Assembly: GCA_951406725.2 (NCBI GenBank)
Contig: OX597814.1
Coordinates: 193,998,001-194,062,000, forward strand
From: Octopus vulgaris
Taxonomy: Eukaryota
DNA length: 64,000 bases
Direction of reading: 5' to 3'
The notes under the pieces are model-generated. The model was not told where the DNA came from and ran no database searches. It worked only from the letters and a program-made list of their open reading frames with translations. This document shows positions 39,291 through 52,119 of this stretch, one piece after another; positions within the stretch are counted from its first letter, which is position 1, and every line of letters begins with the position of its first letter. Both the position numbers and the translations under genes were made by a program.

Positions 39291-40621
39291 AGGTGTATGT
39301 GAATATATATTTATATGCTATATGTTGTCTATGTATGTATGAGTGCGTTTTAACGTGTTACCGCTCACGGCTCTTTGTATCTATATGCGGTGCGCCCTCC
39401 TCCCATCTGTCGGACACAAATGAGCCACGCTGGTTCTACCTACTTAAAAACCTATTATTATTACCTGTTGGTAACAGAAACAGCAACATGCCACCTTAAT
39501 GCTTCTGTGTTTTTCTAATGACGTCAGCAAACCAACAAATTAGAGAGAAGCACCACATCACTGATTAATTAGATTAAATTTCCTCACTTCATCAAATTTC
39601 TTAGCACTAACTTGACTGTTATTGTCCGCATACATGGCGTCACTAGGTAATTTCCTTTCAGTCATTATTACGTTTGGCGAGCTGGCAGAATCGTTAGCAC
39701 GCCGTACAAAATAAATTCTTAGCGGCATTACGTCCGGCTTTACGTTCCGAGTTCAAATTCCGCCGAAATCGACTTTATTTTTATTCTTTTGGGGGTCGAA
39801 GAAATCGACTATCCTTCTTCCCCACCCCAATCTCAGGCCTTGTGCTTATAGCAGAAAGGATTATTACAGTATTTGATGCCTACTGGGGTACACCATTTTA
39901 CCATTAATCTGCTGTGTCGAGGAAGTAATGCTTCGTTGAAGAGGATTAATAAGAGCGAAATACGTATTGAGTTGTCGTTCGTAACTGCGTAAGTCTGATA
40001 AACACTAGCAGTACCTGTGTGTTTTACTATTTTTTTAACTAGGTGTGCACATTTTAGGGAAACTATACAACATATAGGCGCAGATGTGGATATATGGTTA
40101 AGAAACGCGCCTTGCAACCACGTGTTTTGGGGTTCAGTCCCACTGCGCGACACTTGGGTTAGTATCTATACTGTAGCCCCGAGCCGACAAATGCTTTGTG
40201 AGTTTGGAAGATGGAAATTGCATGGGTGCCCGTTGTATATATGCATGTGTATATCTTTGTGCCTCTGTTGGTTTGTTTGTGTCCCGGTAACTTAGCGATT
40301 TGGTAAAAGAGAAGGATAGAGTAAGTACCAGACTTTAAAAAAGTGAAGTGCTAGGGTCAGTTTATACGACTAAAACTGTTCTAGGCAGTGCTCCAGTATG
40401 ACCATAGTCCTATGACTAAAACGAATAAAGGAGCATGGACGATAAAGAAGAGCAGTATTTCATAATCCTTTCCACTTCAGACACAAAGCCTGACTATATC
40501 GGCCCTAGTGTTCAACTGGTACTTATTTAATCGACCCTGAAAAAATAAAACGCAAAGTTAACCTCGGCTGAATTTGAACTCAGAGCGTAAAGCCGGCAGA
40601 AATGCCGCGAAGTAATTTTAA

Positions 40622-41590
40622 GGCGGCGAGCTGGCAGAAACGTTAACACACCGGGCGAAATGCTTAGCGGTATATCGTCTGTCTTTACGTTCTGGATTCA
40701 AATTCCGCCGAGGTCGACTTTGCCTTTCAGCCTTTCGGGGTCGATAAAATTAAGTACCAGTTACACACTGGGGTCGATGTAATCGACTTAATCGGTTTAT
40801 CTATCCTTGTTTGTCCCCTCTATATTTAGCCCCTTGTGGGTAGTAAAGGAATAGGTATTTCGTCTGCCGTTACGTTCTGAGTTCAAATTCCGCCGAGGTC
40901 GACTTTGCCTTTCATCCTCTCGGGGTCGATTAAATAAGTACCAGTTACGCACTGGGGTCGATGTAATCGACTTAATCCGTTTGTCTATCTTTGTTTGTCC
41001 CCTCTGTGTTTAGCCCCTTGTGGGTAGTAAAGAAATAGGTATTTCGTCTGCCGCTACGTTCTGAGTTCAAATTCCGCCGAGGTCGACTTTGCCTTTCATC
41101 TTTTTGCGGTCGATAAATAAAGTACCAGTTACACACTGGGTCGATGTAATCGACTTAATCCCTTTGTCTGTCCTTGTTTGTCCTCTCTGTGTTTAGCCCC
41201 TTGTGGGTAGTAAAGAAATAGGTATTTCGTCTGCCGCTACGTTCTGAGTTCAAAATCCGCCGAGGTCGACTTTGCCTTTCATTTTTTCGGGGTCGATAAA
41301 TTAAGTACCAGTTACACACTGGAGTCGATGTAATCGACTTAATCCGTATGGCTATCCTTGTTTGTCCTCTCTGTGTTTAGCCCCTTGTGGGTAGTAAAGA
41401 AATAGCTATTTCGTCTGCCGTTACGTTCTGAGTTCAAATTGCGCCGAGGTCGACTTTACCTTTCATCTTTTTGCGGTCGATAAATAAAGTACCAGTTACA
41501 CACTGGGGTCGGTGTAATCGACTTAATCCGTTTGTCTGTCCTTGTTTGTCCCCTCTATATTTAGCCCCTTGTGGGCAATAAAGAAATAAG
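40622..41590 (+). mobile_element. SINE A pentamer inserted in an older antisense SINE A
   Basis: Bodies at 40669, 40854, 41038, 41221, 41405 (183-185 bp); flanks share agaaatgccgc(g/t)aagtaat. Confidence 0.9.
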
Positions 41591-41818
41591 AAATGCCGCT
41601 AAGTAATATTGTCTGGTGCGGTAGCAAATCTGCCAGTTTGCCACCTTTCTAGTGTTAAAAATAACATCAGTCATGACGTCAGTGTTTTCTCTTCGCCACG
41701 TAAGTATTATTTTAGACTGCAGCCATGCTGGGACACCGCCTTAACGGTTTTAGACCAGTGTTTCTCAAGGTAGGGCGCATAAGCTACCTGCTGTAGCATA
41801 GCATTAATTTGGTAGGGT

Positions 41819-42156
41819 GTGAAGGCGCATGGCTCAGTGGTTAGGACGTCGAACTGACGATCGTGAGGTTGTGAGTTCGAATGCCGGACCGGGCTGCGTG
41901 TTGTGTTCTTGAGCAAGACACTTTATTTCACGTTGCTCCAGTTCACTCAGCCGTAGAAATGAGTTGCGACGTCACAGGTGCCAAGCTGTATATCGGCCGT
42001 TGCCTTTCCCTTGGATAACACTGGTGGCGTGGAGAGGGGAGACCGGTATTCATGGGCGACTGCTGGCTTTCCATAAACAACCTTGCCCTGACTTGTGCCT
42101 CGGAAGGTAACTTTCTAGGTGCAATCCCATGGTCATTCGTGACTGAAGGGGATCTC
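41819..42156 (+). mobile_element. SINE family D
   Basis: Near-identical to 30395-30735. Confidence 0.8.
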
Positions 42157-42481
42157 CTCCGAAATACTTCAGAATGAGGCGTAAGTTACATATAAGTAAC
42201 ATATAAGTAAGCCTTGCCATAAAATTTTCATAAGACTTATTTTCAATGAATAATTGTTACATATATTGTTCATGATAGGGGTTCATGATAGGGCGGAGGG
42301 AGGATTGAAAAGGGGAATGGGAGCGAAGCGCTGAGAAATACTGTTTTGGTCGATCAAATCAATCTCAGCACTTATTATTAGTTCGGTATTTATTGTCGAA
42401 CCGCTAGGTAGCGGAGATTCAAACGAACCAACAACAATTATCAAAACAGCTGTAAAGTAAATAAAAATGCAACTTTCATAA

Positions 42482-43208
42482 TACAAAGGTTATCTGAAAT
42501 AGAACGATGGCTGGAACGAAGAAACTGCGTGCTACCGTGAAATTCTGTTTTCTGCTGGGGAAAACGGCGGCCGAAACAGTTGTTATGCTTCAAATAGTTT
42601 ACAAGGATGCTGTCATGAGCAAAACACAAGTTTACTAGTGGTTTTCACGCTTGAGGATTGGTCAGTTATCGCTTGAAGACCAACCTCGTTCAGGGCCACC
42701 GTCGAGCTCCCGAACTAATGAAACTATCATGAAAATTCATGAACTGATCTTGGGAGACTGTCACTGAAGAACTGACGAATTTGTTGATATGACTGGTGTG
42801 TCTTCGAGCTCCTGCCAACGAATTTTGAGCGAGGAATTGCGAATGAAAAAAGTTGTAGCAAAATTTGTGCCTCGGTTGCTCACGGAAGATCAAAAGCAGT
42901 CACGACTGAATGCATGTCATTAACTAAAGGAACAGTTGGGAATTGATCAGGACCCATTTTTCGAAGAACATCACTGGTAACGAAAGCTGGTGCTACAGAA
43001 TTTGCAGATGTGGAAGAGGTGAAAAAAAAAACGGAGGCGTTAAAAGGCATCATCATTTCGCAAGAGTTCCAGGACTATTCGAATGGCGGAAACGCCTCTG
43101 GACCGATGCATTGCTTCAAATGCAGAATACTTTAAAGTGTAAGCATGTAAAACTAAGTGAATAAAACAATATTACAAAATTCTGATTTCTTTTAGATACC
43201 CCCTCGTA
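42482..43208 (+). mobile_element. Internally deleted mariner transposon
   Basis: VKFCFLLGKTAAET...VY*WFSRL...LEDQPRSG; ITGNESWCY (cf. ITGDESW); 3' TIR ...tttagataccccctcg|ta. Confidence 0.85.
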
Positions 43209-43439
43209 CATATATATAATGGGCTAACACACAATTTCCGTCAACCAAATTCACTCACAAAATATTCCCCATTCCCATCAATCTCGGAGACACTGTAAGA
43301 GGTCATGGACACTGTCTTCTCTTCTTATTATTAAACACACACACATACAAAAGAAAAAAACGAAGAGATGAACTTCTCTGGGACTCATATCAAAACACTG
43401 CGCTTTTCGACGTTCTCATTATTATTATTACTGTGTTAA

Positions 43440-44045
43440 GGTGGCAAGCTAGCAGAAACGTTAGCACGCCGAGCGAAATGCTAAGCAGTATTTCGTCTGT
43501 CTTTACGTTCTGAGTTCAAATTCCGCCGAGGTCGACTTTGCCTTTCATCGTTTCGGGTTCGATAAATTAAGTACCAGTTGTGTACTGGGGTCGATCTAAT
43601 CGACTGGCCCCCTCCCCCAAAATTTCGGGCCTTGTACCTAGAGTAAAAACGGCTGTTACTGTATTGTTATTAGACGACAACCTGGCAAAACTCGTTGGCA
43701 GACCGGACACAATGCTTAGCGGCATTTCGTTTGTATGTACATTCTGATTTCAAATTCCGCCGAGGTGACTTTACCTTCCCCCCTTTCGGGGTCGATGACA
43801 GAACCATCAGTTGAACGTTGGGGATTCGATGTAATCGACTTAGCTCCTACCCCGAAATTGCTGGCCTTGTGCCAAATTTGGAATCATTATTACTGTCTTA
43901 TTATAAGATGGTGATCTGTCAGAATCGGTAGCACTCCAGACAAAATGCTAAGTGGCATTTCTTCTGACTTTACGGTCTGAGTTCAAACGCCGCCAAGATC
44001 GACTCTGCCTTCCATCCTTTCAGGGGTCGATAAAATAAGTACAAG
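43440..44045 (+). mobile_element. Cluster of three SINE A-related copies
   Basis: Heads at about 43440, 43673 and 43907, each followed by the shared core. Confidence 0.75.
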
Positions 44046-44156
44046 TCAATTATTTCGTCATTATTTCGAATATGAGTTCGTATCACACTCAGTTTATTAG
44101 CGTCAGTGGATTTTGGGACACCCAGTAACTACTCTTGTTAGATTCATTCGTCCGAC

Positions 44157-44212
44157 GTAGCTTTGGCTGAGGAGGCACAACGGTGTCGAAACATCGGGTG
44201 TCCAAAGTCTAC
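44157..44212 (+). ncRNA. Type-I hammerhead ribozyme fold
   Basis: gtagctttgg-CTGAGGA-ggcac-aacg-gtgtc-GAAA-ca-tcggg-t-GTC-caaagtctac: canonical core, 5-bp stem II, 3-bp stem III, bulged stem I. Confidence 0.65.
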
Positions 44213-44284
44213 TTGCGCTAATTAATCGAGTGTGTTATGAAAAGATTCGTCTGAAAGATGTTCTCTAATTACAAAATACAACAG

Positions 44285-44328
44285 CGATTAACATATTCGA
44301 GTTCGAATCTGTCGGAACATATGAATAA
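44285..44328 (+). CDS. Candidate last coding exon, option A (AINIFEFESVGTYE*)
   Basis: Weak acceptor (ctaattacaaaatacaacag|). Phase-1 frame is open to a TAA immediately followed by gtaagt; a 226-nt intron to the acceptor at 44554 would follow. Confidence 0.35.
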
Positions 44329-44554
44329 GTAAGTCATCTTTCTAATTTTCGCTGTTCACGTGCACATGGCGATTCCTAATCGAAGGAGATATATTGATTA
44401 TTTCTATGCGAATTAAGAATAGTTTAAAAGCTTCCAAGTCCTCACCTGAAGACTGACATAACAATTCAGACTTTCTTCTTTCGCTCACTATCTTCATTGG
44501 CACCTTACCAAATACTGGCATCTAACATTTGTTTTGTCTTATTTTGCTTCGTAG

Positions 44555-44568
44555 GTAAACAGACATGA
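44555..44568 (+). CDS. Candidate terminal exon, option B (GKQT*), or start of a 3'-UTR exon
   Basis: Good acceptor ttttgtcttattttgcttcgtag|; phase-1 frame reads G-K-Q-T-TGA; AT-rich downstream sequence with AATAAA at 44681. Confidence 0.4.
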
Positions 44569-44680
44569 AATATATTAATACAACACAGAAAGTTGCTTGT
44601 TATTTTTACTTGTATATTATCTCTCGGCAATATTTGTGTATCACGCATGAGAAGAATTAAAATTAACCAGAGATGTTTTT

Positions 44681-44686
44681 AATAAA
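44681..44686 (+). terminator. Candidate polyadenylation signal AATAAA
   Basis: AATAAA about 110 nt after the candidate stop, followed by a T-rich tract. Confidence 0.3.
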
Positions 44687-44824
44687 TCATTTCTGATCTT
44701 TCTTTTCGGTTTCTAAATTGCATTAGTTAGTTTCGTCAGTTAACATTTAGTCTTACTAATCAAGCAATTAATTTAGATTAACTGTAGTACACCGTTCTTG
44801 TTTCCTCGAAGTTCTCTCTTTTCT

Positions 44825-45222
44825 CTTTTTACTTGTTTCAGTCATTTTGACTGCGGCCATGCTGGTGCACCGCCTTTAGTCAAGCAACTCGACCCCGGGA
44901 CTTACTCTTTGTAAGCCTAGTACTTATTCTATCGGTCTCTTTTTGCCGAACCGCTAAGTGACGGGACATAAACACACCAGCATCGGTTGTCAAGCAATGC
45001 TAGGGGGACAAACACAGATACACAAATATACACATACACACATATATACACATATATACGACGGGCTTCTTTCAGTTTCCGTCTACCAAATCCACTCACA
45101 AGGCTTTGGTCGGCTCGAGGTTATTGTGGGAAACACTTGCCCAAGATGCCACGCAGTAGGACTGAACCTGGAACCATGTGGTTGGTAAGCAAGCTACTTA
45201 CCACACAGCCACTCCTGCGCCT
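44825..45222 (-). mobile_element. SINE B full copy
   Basis: Homologous to the other copies. Confidence 0.9.
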
Positions 45223-45825
45223 ATTGTTGTCGTTTTTAAAACTCGAAACGACTACAGTTTTCTCAAGACTGATTAATAATGGTCGACAGAATCATTGCAT
45301 GTTTAACTACGTCTGCTAAAGGAAATATGTTAAATCCAGCGAAATAAATTCTTCCTCTCTTATCAAAGAGAAAATACTAAACAGTATGTTTTTAGTTAAG
45401 GTGTACGAAGATGGCATCGACCGAATATCATGAAGGAAGCTGATAGTGAATTAGTATTATAATTATTTCAGGAAACTTTAATAAGAATAAATACAAAAAA
45501 ACCTACAATAAAAAAAATAGTGTTAGTCATTGGTTAATATAATTTTTTAATCTTTCAGCAAATACAAGAGATAACTCGATCAGGTTTCTATCTTATTCTC
45601 ACCTACTCAGAGAAGCATATAAGCCGATATGCGAGTAGGTTTCGTTTCAGAGTTGAGTCAGTTCAGTTCACTGATATTGCTAATTCCCTTCAAAAGTACA
45701 GGAATGTCATACGATTACAGTTGCATTTGCTGCAAATCCGTGTCTTTGTATATTTGTTTTAAAAAAAGAACCAATGCTATCAGGATATCAATGAAACTGT
45801 ATGCGCGTATATATACACACACACA

Positions 45826-45909
<84 letters not shown>

Positions 45910-45913
<4 letters not shown>

Positions 45914-46033
45914 TTTGTAGAAAAACAAAAGACGAAGGCAAGTGTATGAACAACAAGCAGATGTATCAGTTTGACGCTCGGGAAAATGAAAAAGTCATTT
46001 ACGTTTCGAGCATACGCTCTTCAACAGAAAGGA

Positions 46034-46035
<2 letters not shown>
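45910..46035 (-). mobile_element. Penelope-like fragment with variant hammerhead (copy 4)
   Basis: Minus strand ccttt-CTGTTGA-A-GAGC-GTAT-GCTC-GAAA-CGTA; lies between (TA)n/(GA)n and (TATG)n. Confidence 0.55.
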
Positions 46036-46064
<29 letters not shown>

Positions 46065-48253
46065 TGTATGTATGTATGTATGTATGTATGTATGTATGTA
46101 TGTACAGTGTAGTGATAAGATGTAACTGAATATGACACTATTCAATGACGCACCATTTTAAAAAGTGAAACAGCGTTTTCTGGAAAACTCAATTCATAAA
46201 ATATTCTCATTTTCGTTTAACTTTTCTCGATTCACCTGCCTATATTTCTCATTATTTACTCTCCCCTTTTCTCTCTCTATATATATATTCCAAGAATATT
46301 TTACAAACACACACACACACATTTATCTATGATATTCGGCCAAAGAAACTCTCTACCTCATATTCACCGTAAATATAGAGGATACAGCTCCACTGGCAGC
46401 CTGTGATTTGTGCCTGCTCCCAATTATTCTACGCTTTTCCTGCGATGAAACTACGAAAGTTGAGGCTAATTTATTGTCTCCGATGCGCACGATTTCCCAA
46501 CCTCTGCAACAAAGTGTCTCCCGTCTATTTGTGGTTTTGAAAATGTTCCTGTCCTAATTGTAAAAGGCAACCAACTTCTCTCTTACTCCTGATAAAGTGG
46601 CCGGTTTATAAGATTGCAATGGGCAATAATAGAAGACACTTGCCGAAGGTGCCATGCAGTGGGACTGAACCCGAAACCATGTGGTCGGGAAGCAAATGTG
46701 TGTGTGTGTGTGTGTGTTAGCATACCCAGGAGAATTGCGCAGTTCATTTTGTGGTGCAGTGTAAGCGATAAACACCTCTCCACTCGGTAATAAATATCCT
46801 GTCATTTTCTTCAAAATCTTTGGAAAATTTCCTGAGAAATCCTCTCTATCCTTTTCGACTATGTTTTCTCTTCTAACCTTTTTTCTCATTCTGGCTTATA
46901 CAAAATATTCTTGCCGATCATCAACGTTCTCATTTTGCCTTTTTCCTTGATTAGCTCCAGCTTCTTATTACGACACCTTCTAGCTCCATGTCTTATATTA
47001 CCTTCGTTCCTTTTCTCTTGAGTTAATGTCTCTTGTCGTTCTTGATTCTCCTCTCTTTATTCCTAATCCTCATTTCTTCTTTTTGCCATTTTCCCAATAT
47101 TTCCTTGTAGCTTCTCTGTCGTTCTCGTTTCAATTTTTCCTGTCATGCTTTATGATCATTTTCAGCCGCAACACACCAAACTCCGTTTCGCTAATAAAAT
47201 AATTCAAGAAGCGCTTAATATTATATATATATTGGTAACACCCGTACCCAGGATGTACTATAACGCATCTTTTACAAAGAAAGTTTGGAATACTGGTAAT
47301 AATATACAGAGAGTTGGAAAAGCTCGTACCTAGGATTTACAGATACACACGTTTTACGAATAAATTTGGCAATCTGTTATATTTTATTGCTGAAGATAGA
47401 TTCCTGTGGTGTAAAAATCTCCCACGCTGTGGAAGGTTTTATTTAAGTGTATGTATCGAAGAGAGAGAGAGAGATAAGAGACACAGATAAAGATTCAAAC
47501 GAACACTACTGACACTCACACACACACACACACGCACACACATACAAACATCAATGGGCGCATACACATGCACACACGCACACACAGACGACTTTTAACG
47601 GTGCGTATATGTGTGAGAGAGCTGACGGTATGTGTGTATGTGCGCGTGATATTAGCGTTAATATGTGTGCTAGTGTGTGTATGTGCATATGTACAAGTAC
47701 CCGTAGCATTAATTTAATTTTTTCACTATTTATCAAATTTAGGAATACGGATATATATAGCTAGGAAAACATTGTATCCAACATATACCGTAGGACATTT
47801 TACAAAAGAAGTTAGGAACACAGATACTAATACATAGATAGATGCTCAATTTACACGACGTCTTGATCTAAGACGCACGAGTTAAATTACCTGGTAAATA
47901 GTGAAAGAAAATTAGACAAATGATATTTGCACGTGCACACGTCCCCCACTCTCCAACTCTCACACAACATACACACACAGCTAACTGGAGTCTGTGTATG
48001 TGTGTTTATACCAATAGCGTCCGTGTGTGTGACTGTGTATATTTTTGCGCGTGCCAGTGGCGTCCGTTTGAATCACTTAATCTATCTCTCCCCCCTTTCT
48101 CCCCCTCTCTCTTCTCTCTCTGTCACTCTCTCTCCCCCTCTCTCTCTCTCTCTCTCCCTCACACACGCACAAAGTTTTACCACCACCTTTCTATAACGTA
48201 ACAGATTTTTTACACCACAGGAATCAATCGTTCTGACTTTATTATAATATAAT

Positions 48254-48304
<51 letters not shown>

Positions 48305-48799
48305 TATAATATGTTATATTACAATATATTGTATTCGAGCATACAAGTAATCGTACCTTCTTTTTAGACCTGAATAGCAGAAACGAAAGAATCCGTAAAA
48401 GACTGCCATGTTTAAAGCTCAATTCATCTTCCCATATGTCATTACTATATATAATTTTATTCCCTCCACGAAAATTGTATAATATATATATATACAGGAG
48501 ATAATATTATACAATACTGCAACCACTGTAAACAAATCTCACATTACTCTCTCCTCGTGGAGAGATCATACTCGATAAGGATTTTTAGCAAAAGGGTAAA
48601 GGATTTACTTCCAGACTTTTGGAATCTGAATGTTCCATGCAATTTTAGTTGAAGGCTTATGAATTTGTTGTTTATTTTTCATTTAATAACAGTGACTCAA
48701 CAGCAATGATATCGTCAAGGGAGGTAATTAGTTTTGATATCTTGGAAGCTTTCATATTTTTCTTATTTACCTCTCTTGGCATCATCCAGATGTTGTTTT

Positions 48800-48886
48800 A
48801 TGGTTGCAGCAGCTGCTAAAATGCTGTTATTTGGTTGCCAAAACTTTGGTTCTATAAATTTCTGCGATAGACGTCCCAAGCAGAAG
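48800..48886 (+). CDS. Possible first coding exon of a downstream gene (MVAAAAKMLLFGCQNFGSINFCDRRPKQK)
   Basis: Non-repetitive sequence downstream of a (CT)n/(CA)n tract; donor AAG|gtattg; possible 66-nt intron 48724-48789 upstream. No recognisable homology. Confidence 0.2.
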
Positions 48887-49069
48887 GTATTGTCAAGCAA
48901 ACACTCATTCATTTGTTTGTTTTATTGTGTATATGTTCGGTGATCTCAACCAAGTAATTGCTTTATATGATATTTATAATGCTATCGTTAATAATAATAA
49001 TCATGCGTGTGTACTTTACTGTTGTTGAACTCGGTTGTTTACTTGCAACTCTGTATGGCGGTACTGAGT

Positions 49070-49300
49070 GGCGGCGAGCTGGCAGAAACGTTAGCACGCC
49101 GGACGAAATGCGTAGCCGTATTTCGTCTGCCGTTACGTTCTGAGTTCAAATTCTGCCGAGGTCGACTTTGCCTTTCATCCTTTCGGGATCGATAAATTAA
49201 GTACCAGTTGCGCACTGGGGTCGATGTAATCGACTTAATCCGTGTCTGTCCTTGTTTGTCCTCTCTGTGTTTAGCCCCTTGTGGGTAGTAAAGAAATAGG
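49070..49300 (+). mobile_element. SINE A monomer
   Basis: Homologous to the other copies. Confidence 0.85.
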
Positions 49301-50006
49301 TACTGAGTGAGATAAAACACGCTACGAAACAAGTTTTGAATACTAACTACAAATACAATAGGGTCTCGCATATGTTAATATACTGAGTTGGAAAAAAAAG
49401 ATCCAATTAACTGAGATTATCTTTGAAATTAACAGACTAAAACTCACTGCTACAAATTTAAGAATATAAGTAATAGTGATCGTTCTAATAAAATGATTTA
49501 AGTGACATCTAGAAAACAAAGAAAATGCAATATGGGGATGGGTCTTGTCTTTAAATACAGATGAAGGTAATGGTTATGTTTCGGTCTTATTAAATCTCCT
49601 TAGCGAAGGATATTCTACTCAATTCCTTTTACAAACAGATAGATGAATAAATAGATTAACAGACAGGCAGACAGGCAGACAGGCAGGCAGATAGACAGAT
49701 TGTAGGGTACAGTGGTACACATACACGCGCACACACAGATACACACGCGCACACTCATACACACATGCACGTAGCGGGATTTGCCACAACTTCTATCTAC
49801 GAAATTCATTGACAAGACATTGGTCGGCTCCGAACTATAGCAGAAAAAACGCTTGTCCAGCGCGCGTAAATCTTCTAATTTGATCGGTCAATGGTGTAAT
49901 GCTACAGCGCTCTGTTTTGGTAGGGTGATTAGGCGATGTTCTTTTCTTCATCTTGAATATATGCCGTATACATACATACATGCATACATATGTGTGTGCG
50001 TGTTTG

Positions 50007-50072
<66 letters not shown>

Positions 50073-50197
50073 TATAGATTGATAGACAGACAGATAGATA
50101 GATAGATAGATCGTGAAGTATTTACCACCTAAATATGGCGGACTCATAGGGACGATGCTACTGTTGTTTATAGCCCCAGGAAAATTATTAATTTGAT

Positions 50198-50254
50198 ATC
50201 ATGCTGATGAAGAAAGTGAATTTTACAATTCTAATCCCGAAACGCGTACATGAT
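50198..50254 (+). ncRNA. Minimal type-I hammerhead ribozyme fold
   Basis: Stem I atcatg/catgat; core CTGATGA (50204-10); stem II with gaatt-ttac-aattc hairpin but poorly paired base; GAAA (50239-42); palindromic stem III ACGCGT; GTA cleavage triplet at 50246-48. Confidence 0.65.
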
Positions 50255-50426
50255 TAATCGTAAGACTGGTTAGTTTCGTTATTTTTTCTTCTTTTTGACT
50301 ATGTGAGTTACGAGTATTGCTGTCTGTGGAGTTATATTGTAGTTGAAAGAATTAGCGGTTTTGACTGCTATTTCTAAATTTTCGGTATGCGGTAAAGCAA
50401 CTTTTTGGTAAACCCTTAATTATATT

Positions 50427-50525
<99 letters not shown>

Positions 50526-52074
50526 GTACACGCACGCTCACGCGCACACACACACACATATGTATGTGTATTCACAAGAAAAACGTGAATGCTGTGGTGT
50601 GTGATCCTTAGATGGGGTAGTCACAACACACATCACAGGTGATGAAAGGAGGAGAAACGGGTGACTTGGTTGTGCTTGAATTGAGACGATACAAGAGCAT
50701 TCAACACCGGGGAACCGAGGTCATTATAGTAACGGTAAAAAGAGGCAGAGAGAGGATGCTGCATGCATATGACCCAAAGGCTAGGTCGTGTCTGTGAGTG
50801 ATTTTTATGCCAAAAATTTAAGTGAAACTTCTCAGGATACGATGTCTGTGTGTACTGCAACAGTATTGTCCCATATGTGAGGACAATATTCCCTCGTAGG
50901 GATCACTTGAGCTTTGTGGAATGTCAATTATTGTTGGAAGCTGAAGTATTTTCTGGCACTGGGGAGAAAAGTTAACCTTTGAGATGCGGTCCTAGATATA
51001 TTATATTATATAATATATAGGGGAGCTTGTGTATATTTGTGTTTAAGATGTGTTTATTTGATCTATCAAATCATGTTACAGCGCTAGGTATAGTAGGTAT
51101 TTAAATAATGCATTCGTGAATTGGATGTGGAGCTGATGAAAGAGCAATAACTCTTAAAATATGTATATACACCAATATATTTTCTGTTTTCGATCGCCTT
51201 GTTTACATAGACGTATTAGTGTACGAAACGCCGTAACTTGCAGTGATGGCTCTGAATTCTATAGAAAAACTATTGAGATAAACTCAAGAGTGATATTTCT
51301 GTGTGTTATTCTACGTATATGTGGTTGTGCTCGAGGAATATAAGAGATGTTTATGTCTATATATCTATGTACCGCCATGTTTGTATGTTTGTATATGACT
51401 GTATGTACACGTAAGACAAAAACTTGGTTTTTCTTTTTATCCTTTTTTTCTCCTTTTTCTTTTCAAATCTTGACTGTCTTTTTTTTTAATCCTCAATATA
51501 TCTCTCTTTCTATCTGCCTCTATCTCTCGTCTCTCTTTTCTATTTCTCTATTGACAGACATCACAGATAAGAACAGAGAAATGGAGTCATCTCACTACAG
51601 AACCTAAAACAGATTTATATCCATTTAACCACACATACACACACACACAAACACACCAAAAATTTGTTTAAAAAAGAATAAAATGTAAAATAACGCTGAA
51701 CGAAAACCAAAAAAAAAACAACAAAAAAAACAAAAAAACAGTTCACAATGAAAGAAAGACAGAAGGAAGAAAAGAAGGAAGGACAGAAATCAGAGACGAT
51801 ATCTTCCAAACCAAATCTACTGCTGTATTGATGCATGGTCGTTGTTCTTGTTGATGTTACTGATGGTGATGCTGATTATGTTGCCAATGCCGCCATTTTT
51901 CTTTTTCTTTTCTAATTGTCGTTTATTGGACAAGCGAATGATTTTTTAAAAATTTTGTTGCTGGTTTTCATTTTATACTTAAAATAACAATTTCTCCTTT
52001 ACAGTATACCCTGTCATGTACACACACACACATACACACACAAGTATGTGTATATAATATCAATTATGTGTATT

Positions 52075-52119
<45 letters not shown>

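Noticed and set aside
45559-45640. Strong acceptor tctttcag| at 45558 as a collagen-gene exon
   Set aside because: Weak donor and no informative peptide; cannot be preferred over the 44.3-44.6 kb candidates.
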